From Coleofasciculus sp. B1-GNL1-01 (GTDB taxonomy: Bacteria > Cyanobacteriota > Cyanobacteriia > Cyanobacteriales > Coleofasciculaceae), in assembly GCA_040220235.1 (NCBI GenBank), contig JAVJTO010000085.1: 57,697 nucleotides of DNA. The stretch is one strand, 5' to 3'. Of the stretch, positions 50,833 to 57,697 are shown one piece after another. Under the pieces are notes generated by a model, which saw only the letters and a program-made list of their open reading frames with translations, was not told where the DNA came from and did not search any database. The first letter of the stretch is position 1; the number at the start of each line of letters is the position of its first letter. Made by a program: the position numbers and the translations under genes.

Positions 50833-51994
50833 CCCGTTGAGGATTACGCTCTCCTGGACGACGTTTCTTGGTTTTCTTCTCTTTTTTGTTACCCGTAGAA
50901 CGGGTCGAGCTATTGAGCAAAGCTTCTGTTGCTGTTGATGGCTCCTTCACGGTTAATCCCAATTTTTGACGCAATCGACCCAGTTCGCTCTCCGATTCTA
51001 GTAGCGCTTTCTCGCCTTCTATCGCCTCAGTTGCCATCTGCATACATTTAGACACACTGGGAGCATAAGGTGTAAGATGTGCCAAGCTAAGAGTAGAGGC
51101 GGATTCTGCCAATGCTTTTCTCAAGGCTTGTGTCAGCCAATTCTTAACTATCCCTACACAACCGATACTGCGTTCATAGAAGTATTCCCAATGCTGCTCT
51201 AAATCAGGGGTTTCTAACAAGGGCATTTGGCAGGCAAAACTCTTGAGTACCCGTTTGAAATCTTTAACGTCCTGTGAGCAATCCGCTTGATAACGAGGAA
51301 AGTGAATATCTAGGCTGCGACGGCTCAATTGACCGCTTAAGTTCCTTAACTGTAGCAGTTCATAAGTACCAAAAAGTCCATGCCGGGTGGACGTGAAACT
51401 TGCCATTGACTGAATGGCATCCATTTGGTCTTGTTGTCTTCTTCCCGATGCCATTTTAGTGAAGCGCTGGGCTTCATCAACTAGAAATACAATTAATCTC
51501 CGTTGTTGAATAATCGCCGCTACATCTTCTCGTAAATCTGACAGGTTAGCTTTTGATTTAATTAGACGTTGAGAAGAGCCACTACCCTCAATTCGGCTAC
51601 TGCCAGTTCTGAGTTTATAATCAACGAAGGGGTCAGCCAAAGCTATCAAGACACTTTTGTAATAGTCTTTCCAGTCAAAAGACCCGGATTCAGGAGCGCG
51701 AGCTTCTACATAAGCAACAGGGATATGTCCACAATCAAGTTGTATGGCTCTGGAGTTCTGCTCTATGAGCACTTTCACAACTTGATGGAGTAAGGTTGTT
51801 TTCCCCACCCCAGTAGGGCCAAACAAAAAGATTAATGAAGCGCCTCCAGGATTATTGACGGCATCTATTACAGCTTCATACGCAATTTTTAGTCGCCTGT
51901 GTACTACCGTACAACTTTCAAAGTAAGCCAGTTTTTCTGCTGGATTGACGGCTAAAAGTTCTGGAGGAAAATTCTGGGAAGACGGCATTACCAA
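50801..51994 (-). CDS. tnsC: TnsC AAA+ ATPase
   Basis: Walker A GPTGVGKTT, Walker B FLVDEAQ, LFGTYEL, GQLSRR, SIGCVG. Confidence 0.92.
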   Translation of the reverse strand: MVMPSSQNFPPELLAVNPAEKLAYFESCTVVHRRLKIAYEAVIDAVNNPGGASLIFLFGPTGVGKTTLLHQVVKVLIEQNSRAIQLDCGHIPVAYVEARAPESGSFDWKDYYKSVLIALADPFVDYKLRTGSSRIEGSGSSQRLIKSKANLSDLREDVAAIIQQRRLIVFLVDEAQRFTKMASGRRQQDQMDAIQSMASFTSTRHGLFGTYELLQLRNLSGQLSRRSLDIHFPRYQADCSQDVKDFKRVLKSFACQMPLLETPDLEQHWEYFYERSIGCVGIVKNWLTQALRKALAESASTLSLAHLTPYAPSVSKCMQMATEAIEGEKALLESESELGRLRQKLGLTVKEPSTATEALLNSSTRSTGNKKEKKTKKRRPGERNPQRDVIGGAPSVS

Positions 51995-54684
51995 AACTCC
52001 TCATAAGGTTCAATTTCTTCCGAGTCAATCTCATCTCTATTAGGAGAGACTTCTTGACTTATAGGAAGTGAAAGGCACTCGGCGGCTGGAGGCTGTTCTT
52101 GAAGTCGCGAAATTTTTCCTCCATCAATTATTGCTAAAACCTCTTTGGCTTCTACATCCCGTAACCGTTGCTCTAAGATAACTTCTTGGGCTTCTGTACT
52201 TGCTAAAAATTCAGCTAGGGCTTTGGCTGTGATTGTAAATTGTTTGGAGTAATTCTTCTGCTGTTGACGCAACTGTTCACTAGCTACCATTATTTCTCGC
52301 TCTGAGTGACCCACTAAGCGGCTATAGTGCTGCGAGATGCAACTTACCCACTGACCTTTAATGTAAGCATAGGCAATCCCAGCATCATAGGGGTCATAGC
52401 GCACATTTACTTGGGTTTTTTCAATTTCCGGATTTCGGAAACTATTATGCCAATAGTAGATGTGGTTAATTTTGACTCCCTGATTGGGAATTACTTTGGC
52501 AGTTCCTTTGGGGGTCGTTGGTAGGGTCAAAATCCGGAAAGTTTCATCATAAGGAATCAGTTTGTGTGAGCGGAATCCGGTTTGCAACAAGCCATCTTCA
52601 AACGCCGCTCTTGGGCTTTGTCCTAGTGCCGGATGCTCCTTGTTGTCATAAAATTTATAAGCCCAATCGCATAGATTCTGATATAAACTTCCTAGAGTCC
52701 AGATGGCTAAATTACGAGGATTAACGCTTTTCGTCACAGCCCGATAATTCCTGTTAATTTGCGTATTTCCCCAGAGATTGTGAATGAACATGGTATTGGC
52801 TGTGCCGAACAAGCGCTCGCATACTGAACCAAATCGGGGTTTGGCGGCTGGTCGGGTTTTCTTTGTGCAAGAGTAAGCTGCCAGGAGCCGCTCGAAGTAA
52901 ACACTCATGAATTCTTTGGCTCCATCCACCACTATCGTGTCGGGCAATCGTCCATGACGATGGACACACTCGCGCATCACCATCATGCAACTACGATACG
53001 ACGGTGGGTCAAAGCACAGATAAACGGCTAGTATTCGTCGTGAGTAGGCGTCTGTTAGGAAGGTAGCCCAAGGGCGACCCAGATTGATTGATGTGTGGGA
53101 GCTAACTAACTCGATATCTAATTGTGTATGGTCAATATGGCAGATTTCAAAGGGTCGTTGTCCATGCCTGGGGGTGTTTACCTCTAGTTCCCAATAAAAA
53201 GGTTCGTGCTTGTAAGCGGCTCGGCGTCCTTGCCTGTTTACAGCCTGTTCGTAGTTAGATTTTTGCTGAATTTTTCGGACAAACGTTTTGTAGCTACAAG
53301 GAGTGATTCCCTGCTGAGAGCAGGCTCGTACCAGTGAACTATAAACGGCAAATTTTCCTTGTTGTTTGAGATTTAAATAGCTGTTATCAATGAATTCGTC
53401 TACGATTTTTTGTGTCGTTTGAGGCAATTTAGGTTGGTGGTTGCCTTTAGAGCTGACGCGGGGCAACAAGCCCACATAACCGCATCCATATTGCTCAACT
53501 GCGTTTCGCCACGAGCGCAACCAACGGCGAATTGTACGTGCTGAAACGACCTGATTTGAGGTTTGGAGTTCGCCCGTTAGGTAGGGAGAAATGATGGAAT
53601 AGCGGCGGTTGGCTTCTACACAATCATCAACACTCGCCTTGGCAAGGAGGTCATTGACTTCTCTAGAAGATGGGGATTGGATGACAACACCTGTTAACTC
53701 CCCCTGTTTTACTAATTCCAATAGGGCTTCGTTGGGCAGTTGGATGACTTTTGCCTCTTCATTGAGTAGGGCTGTATGGGTTTCTCCTCGATTGAGAATC
53801 GATAAGCTTTTTCCATTCCATACCACAGAAGAACCGGGTTTTAGATCAACTAAGTTGCGGGCTAATTCTAAGGTTGATTTTCCTCTCAACTTGGTTGTTT
53901 CGATTCGACAAGCTTTCTGATTAACCGGAAAGATTGGAATCTGTGTACCAAGTTGCGCTATGTTGACACCCCGCCAATTCACATTTAAATAATTTTGGGC
54001 AATTAGGGTATAAACCTCCTCACAGTTGTACCCCTCTTCTAGCAATTCACCTAAGGTAATTCCTGGATGAAGTTCCACCCGTGATATGATCTCGGCACAA
54101 ACTTTCTCTTCTACAGAAACCTGGGATGGGTGCAAGTAGTCTTCGAGAAAATGAAGATTATTTTGGAAAACCCAGTCAATTTCAGCGTTGCAACGGATGC
54201 GATAATATAATCCCAAACTTTGTGCTACTTCAACTCCTGGGGGACAGTGCCATTGACCTTCACCTTCTCGCACGTAACGAGCAGGCATTTTGACTGATAG
54301 TCGCACTAATTCATCCAGTGTTTTCCACTCTTCCCAACCAGCACAAGTCTGACGCAACACAAAGAAATCTGGGGTATGCAGGACTCCTACTTTCCGACCA
54401 CTCAGAGCAATGTAGCTCAGTTTGATGCCACTGGGTTGGTCGTAATATTCCAGTACATCTGGGTCATATTCCATCTCATAGATGCCTGCCAATTCGTTGT
54501 GGTGGCTCTCAAACTGAATCGTTACGCCCATTTTCCGGCTGGGGTAACGACCACTCACGTTCCCTGCCCTACTGCGTACCACACGCGACGGCGGCGAACT
54601 GCGTAACAGTTCGATGTATTTCCTTGTCGGTTCTGCCAAGCCTAACTGCTGACACCACCGCACAAACTGCTCGCCGTCCAGCAT
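51988..54684 (-). CDS. tnsAB: TnsA-TnsB fusion transposase
   Basis: N-terminal TnsA endonuclease (QFESHHNEL, YYDQP, HTPDFF, EEWK); C-terminal DDE integrase (HIDHT, VVDGAKEF, CERLFGT). Confidence 0.92.
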   Translation of the reverse strand: MLDGEQFVRWCQQLGLAEPTRKYIELLRSSPPSRVVRSRAGNVSGRYPSRKMGVTIQFESHHNELAGIYEMEYDPDVLEYYDQPSGIKLSYIALSGRKVGVLHTPDFFVLRQTCAGWEEWKTLDELVRLSVKMPARYVREGEGQWHCPPGVEVAQSLGLYYRIRCNAEIDWVFQNNLHFLEDYLHPSQVSVEEKVCAEIISRVELHPGITLGELLEEGYNCEEVYTLIAQNYLNVNWRGVNIAQLGTQIPIFPVNQKACRIETTKLRGKSTLELARNLVDLKPGSSVVWNGKSLSILNRGETHTALLNEEAKVIQLPNEALLELVKQGELTGVVIQSPSSREVNDLLAKASVDDCVEANRRYSIISPYLTGELQTSNQVVSARTIRRWLRSWRNAVEQYGCGYVGLLPRVSSKGNHQPKLPQTTQKIVDEFIDNSYLNLKQQGKFAVYSSLVRACSQQGITPCSYKTFVRKIQQKSNYEQAVNRQGRRAAYKHEPFYWELEVNTPRHGQRPFEICHIDHTQLDIELVSSHTSINLGRPWATFLTDAYSRRILAVYLCFDPPSYRSCMMVMRECVHRHGRLPDTIVVDGAKEFMSVYFERLLAAYSCTKKTRPAAKPRFGSVCERLFGTANTMFIHNLWGNTQINRNYRAVTKSVNPRNLAIWTLGSLYQNLCDWAYKFYDNKEHPALGQSPRAAFEDGLLQTGFRSHKLIPYDETFRILTLPTTPKGTAKVIPNQGVKINHIYYWHNSFRNPEIEKTQVNVRYDPYDAGIAYAYIKGQWVSCISQHYSRLVGHSEREIMVASEQLRQQQKNYSKQFTITAKALAEFLASTEAQEVILEQRLRDVEAKEVLAIIDGGKISRLQEQPPAAECLSLPISQEVSPNRDEIDSEEIEPYEEFW

Positions 54685-54737
54685 ATATTCCTTTGCCTAC
54701 GCAGCCATGAAATGATGTCTTCAGTTTATCAACAAAA

Positions 54738-54890
54738 GGACATCTTATCCTTCCAATTTCAACTTGTGGACAACTTATGGTTCTACCTAGCTGTTCAAGT
54801 ACCTGTTCTCCCGACGACAGCATCAGAGTTTTTACCTTGTTGGCGGACAGCTTATGCTTCCACTTTGGACAGGATATGGTTCAAGTGACA
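54738..54890. repeat. tnsAB-proximal transposon end: four putative TnsB sites (54738-54755, 54768-54785, 54845-54862, 54867-54884); TIR 54845-54890
   Basis: GGACATCTTATCCTTCCA, GGACAACTTATGGTTCTA, GGACAGCTTATGCTTCCA, GGACAGGATATGGTTCAA. Confidence 0.85.
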
Positions 54891-54982
54891 CAATCAATTG
54901 CCCATTCCCCATCTGCCAAGTGCTTCTCAAATTGCACCCGCCAAGTTTTCCCGCGCCAATCCTTAATCTCCAATTCCTTCAT
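54891..54982 (-). pseudogene. 5' fragment of a gene translationally coupled to the M23 gene and cut by the transposon end
   Basis: ATGA overlap at 54979-54982; reads MKELEIKDWRGKTWRVQFEKHLADGEWAID into the TIR, then stops. Confidence 0.55.
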
Positions 54983-56277
54983 GGCTGCTCACCTGTCAGA
55001 AACCATTGCAGCCAGCCACTTCTGACTCTCAACCAATTGCCAGAACTAGACGACTTAATCCGTAAGTCCAAATGTGGTCCCGTTGAGCCGCCACTGTTCC
55101 CTGTCCAGGCGATCGCTCTTTTTCTGTTGACTTTAATCTTTTGCCCCGGTTCAACTAAACACCGGGACAAGTGCAGCAGTTTAAACTGGAGTGTGGGGAA
55201 TTGCTCAGACGTGAATGTGGCATACAAGCCAGCCGCGTCACCTCTGGCACATTCGACCCAACCGTCAGCGATCGCATACAAAGCCGTCCCCGCTGGCGTG
55301 GCTAAGTCAACCCCTTGGTGATATTGACGCTTCCCTGAGATGGGGTGAATCCTCCACCCACGCGGCGATGTAACTTTATAGCCTGCGATGATGTCTCCCA
55401 GTTGAGGATTTTTCTGGAATTTAACATCCCATTTATAAATATGAGACTTGTTGATCTGATCTGGTGTTTTTTCTAGAGACTTACCGGAAAGGAGTGCGAT
55501 CGCTCTCCCTCGATGCTCCCTTGTCATCCGCTCAACGGCGCTATCTAAGGTATGATACCCGTCGCTGATACTTCCTTTGGCGTTGGGATGTCCAGCAAAT
55601 ACAGTAGAGTAAAGCTGTTTAAGTCCACCACCTTTAAACCCACGTTTAACCAAGTATCGCTCAACATAATCCATCTGCTCAACCTGGCTTTTATGGGCTA
55701 AGGCTTCTGATGTGGTTCCCAGTTCAGCCGCCGTGGAGGACATAAATTGAATAAGCCCGACGGCGCGTCCCCTACCTTTAACAACGGGACCTCTAATACT
55801 GGGGCTAAATGTTCCAGCAGTTTCAAAACTAATCAGTGTGGCTAAGTCAATGGGGTCAGCGTTGATATTAGCCGCGACTTGTTTGATTTTCTGTGCAAAT
55901 GGGGTTAGGTGTAGAGACGTTGCATGCAACGTCTCTACAGGTTTAGCTGAATCGGATTCCGGTTTGGATTCCGGTTGAATCGCTGTTTCCTGGACTTGTT
56001 CTACACCATCTTTAAACCAATCAAAATTGGGACTATAGTCTTGACTGTTTGCCAGGTTGAAACTGATTAATGCAGTGGCTGCGATCGCTAATATCTGATT
56101 CCTCAATCTAGATTTTTCTAGAGATTTAGGGGAATCATCGATCGCTCGTAATAACTGACTGACTCGGCGGTCAATTTTCCAGAGGTTCGTTCTCTTGAGG
56201 GTTGCTAGTTCCTGCTCCAGCTTCCGAATTTCCCTCTGTAGCTGGTTGGTGCTTAGGGTTTGTGTTGCTTGTGTCAT
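54979..56277 (-). CDS. cell-wall hydrolase: lysozyme-like domain plus M23 peptidase
   Basis: LISFETAGTF..AVGLIQF..QMDYV lysozyme-like motif; HQGVD and GPHLD M23 zinc motifs; N-terminal coiled coil and TM. Confidence 0.85.
   Translation of the reverse strand: MTQATQTLSTNQLQREIRKLEQELATLKRTNLWKIDRRVSQLLRAIDDSPKSLEKSRLRNQILAIAATALISFNLANSQDYSPNFDWFKDGVEQVQETAIQPESKPESDSAKPVETLHATSLHLTPFAQKIKQVAANINADPIDLATLISFETAGTFSPSIRGPVVKGRGRAVGLIQFMSSTAAELGTTSEALAHKSQVEQMDYVERYLVKRGFKGGGLKQLYSTVFAGHPNAKGSISDGYHTLDSAVERMTREHRGRAIALLSGKSLEKTPDQINKSHIYKWDVKFQKNPQLGDIIAGYKVTSPRGWRIHPISGKRQYHQGVDLATPAGTALYAIADGWVECARGDAAGLYATFTSEQFPTLQFKLLHLSRCLVEPGQKIKVNRKRAIAWTGNSGGSTGPHLDLRIKSSSSGNWLRVRSGWLQWFLTGEQP
55910..55939. 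repeat. perfect 30-bp REP-like palindrome inside the coding sequence
   Basis: TGTAGAGACGTTGCATGCAACGTCTCTACA (encodes VETLHATSL). Confidence 0.9.
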
Positions 56278-56464
56278 TGGTTAGTAGATGCCAGGTGAGT
56301 AAAAGCAAGCTAATCGCTAAGATGAGTAATGCGAAGCGCTGAAGTTTTATTCGTCGCACTTCCCGCTGGAGCGATCGCAAGTGCTGAAGTAATGCCCTAC
56401 GGCTGGGTTGTGTCTCTCCCTGATTTTTTCTCGTTACAAACTTCTTGAATGGTTTGAGTTCCAT
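56171..56464 (-). CDS. small hypothetical single-TM protein overlapping the hydrolase gene start
   Basis: ATG 56464; basic N-terminus followed by FALLILAISLLLLTW. Confidence 0.45.
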   Translation of the reverse strand: MELKPFKKFVTRKNQGETQPSRRALLQHLRSLQREVRRIKLQRFALLILAISLLLLTWHLLTNDTSNTNPKHQPATEGNSEAGAGTSNPQENEPLEN

Positions 56465-56738
56465 AACAAAAAAGGCAAAAAAGGCAACAGGCAACAGGCA
56501 ACAGTTCCTACTTTCTGATGGGTTGCTGTTGGGAGTATTTGGGTAGGGAGTAGGAGGAAGGAAGGAAGGAAGAAACCAAGCGTGTTTTCCATATCGCTGA
56601 TTGGTGCCAGCTTTTTACCTATCCTGGCTTTATGAGTGCCACGCTATGTCTCGTTTAAACCTCCTCTCATCCTTTAAACCCTAATGGCAACCGCTATATC
56701 TGTTGCCTGTTGCCTGTTCCCTGTTGCCTCCTGCTTTC

Positions 56739-57697
56739 TTACAGTTCCTGGGCTAAAGTAATTGTTTGGGCGATTACGTTGGCTAAATCAGGATGTTCCA
56801 CAACATAGCGATCGCTCCCTCTCAAACTGAGGATTAAGTCTCGTCCAAAGCGGAACGCGCCACCGCCCCCAACGATTGAGGTTTCTATCTCCGGAGGTGT
56901 ACAGTCGGTGATGATTTCGGCAATCTCGCCAATGTACCATTCATGGGCGGTATCAATTGCATCGGCGATGGGGATGGGTTCGGGTTCCCCCTGGGGCTGA
57001 TAATAGTCCTCACAGTTATTTACAGCGGTGATAAACTGGGGGTCTTCTGGGTCATTAATCCCGGCTTCTTCTGCGACCCATTCATAATATAAGGATGTGC
57101 CTTTGCCATCAAAGGACTGACTGCGGTTATCGTCAAAGAATCCATCAGGGTCAATAAAATCGCACAACAGGGTACGATAGCCGATATCGTAGCAGGCTTG
57201 CCAGGAATCATTGGGTTTAGATTCTGCGATCGCTAACTGACGATAAGCCCCAATGTGATAGCCTTCTGGCACTACCTGTAATGTCTGAATCGTGGCTGAT
57301 TTGCGTCCTTGCGGCGTAGACCAAGTGAGGGACTGGCTTAGGGCTTTCTTGGCGGCTGTCTCCTGTGCTTTGAAGTTTCCTGGGGTGAAGAATAGGCTCA
57401 GGCTGAGATGGATGTCCTCACCGTTTCCTAATCCCAGTTGCTCGAGTGCTAGAATAACTCGCAGCTTGAGATTGTCGGTTTTATCCCCGTGCAGTCCGGA
57501 CTGGCTGGTGAGTGTGGCTCCTTTGCGATCGCTGGTGTAGGTTTTACCGCGATAGGTGATTTCTATGTTCCCTTTAACGGTTGAGTTTCGGGTTCTTACT
57601 CGTGATTTGCCACGGGGTATCTCGGTGAGATAGTTGAGCGTGCGCTGGATGGCGAGGGCGGGTTGATCCACGATTTCCCCTAGTAAAGCGACTTTTT
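56739..57697 (-). CDS. ParM/StbA-like actin-fold ATPase (5' end beyond the window)
   Basis: VVPEG, DIGYRT, VGGGGA, DLANV actin-fold motifs; frame stays open to the window edge (KVALLGEIV...). Confidence 0.7.
   Translation of the reverse strand, partial: KVALLGEIVDQPALAIQRTLNYLTEIPRGKSRVRTRNSTVKGNIEITYRGKTYTSDRKGATLTSQSGLHGDKTDNLKLRVILALEQLGLGNGEDIHLSLSLFFTPGNFKAQETAAKKALSQSLTWSTPQGRKSATIQTLQVVPEGYHIGAYRQLAIAESKPNDSWQACYDIGYRTLLCDFIDPDGFFDDNRSQSFDGKGTSLYYEWVAEEAGINDPEDPQFITAVNNCEDYYQPQGEPEPIPIADAIDTAHEWYIGEIAEIITDCTPPEIETSIVGGGGAFRFGRDLILSLRGSDRYVVEHPDLANVIAQTITLAQEL

Larger units (their letters stand above)
49433..54890 (-). mobile_element. Tn7-like transposon (tnsAB-tnsC-tniQ/tnsD), 5,458 bp, no cargo
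   Basis: TGT...ACA termini, perfect 46-bp terminal inverted repeats, repeated TnsB-site-like motifs, three transposition genes. Confidence 0.93.

Noticed and set aside
48029..54890. RNA-guided CAST (cas6 + tniQ + tnsABC)
   Set aside because: cas6 and the repeat lie outside the transposon end at 49433, and no cas5/7/8/10 or cas12k gene is present.

Overview
Chromosome-like segment from a filamentous cyanobacterium, judged by abundant HIP1 (GCGATCGC) octamers, REP-like palindromes, TA-flanked MITEs and sbtA/kaiC-type genes. Most of the window is ordinary housekeeping and accessory genes. The main signal is at 48-57.7 kb. An orphan cas6 is followed by a single 36-nt CRISPR repeat (minus-strand CTTGACAAACTCACTTCCCCGAAAGGGGATGGAAAC). 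Fourteen bp from that repeat, in what would be the spacer, begins a cargo-free 5,458-bp Tn7-like transposon (tnsAB fusion, tnsC, short tniQ/tnsD) with perfect 46-bp terminal inverted repeats. This fits a CRISPR-array-targeting Tn7-like element. Its flanks do not match: there is no 5-bp target duplication, the rest of the array is missing, and the far end cuts a small gene in a plasmid/phage-like block (lysozyme-like/M23 peptidase, ParM-like ATPase). That suggests a transposon-mediated fusion or rearrangement between a CRISPR array and another replicon or locus. Other notable items are a DUF4157 polymorphic-toxin gene with a GIY-YIG-like/HTH tip plus a candidate immunity gene, an unexplained cluster (two Cys1-less AsnB-like proteins, a LysA-like protein lacking its catalytic Lys/Cys, a membrane-anchored degenerate TOPRIM-like protein), sbtA without sbtB, a kaiC2/kaiB pair, a 104-bp tandem amplification upstream of cobM, and nested MITEs. 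All family calls come from motif recognition by eye; no database searches were run.
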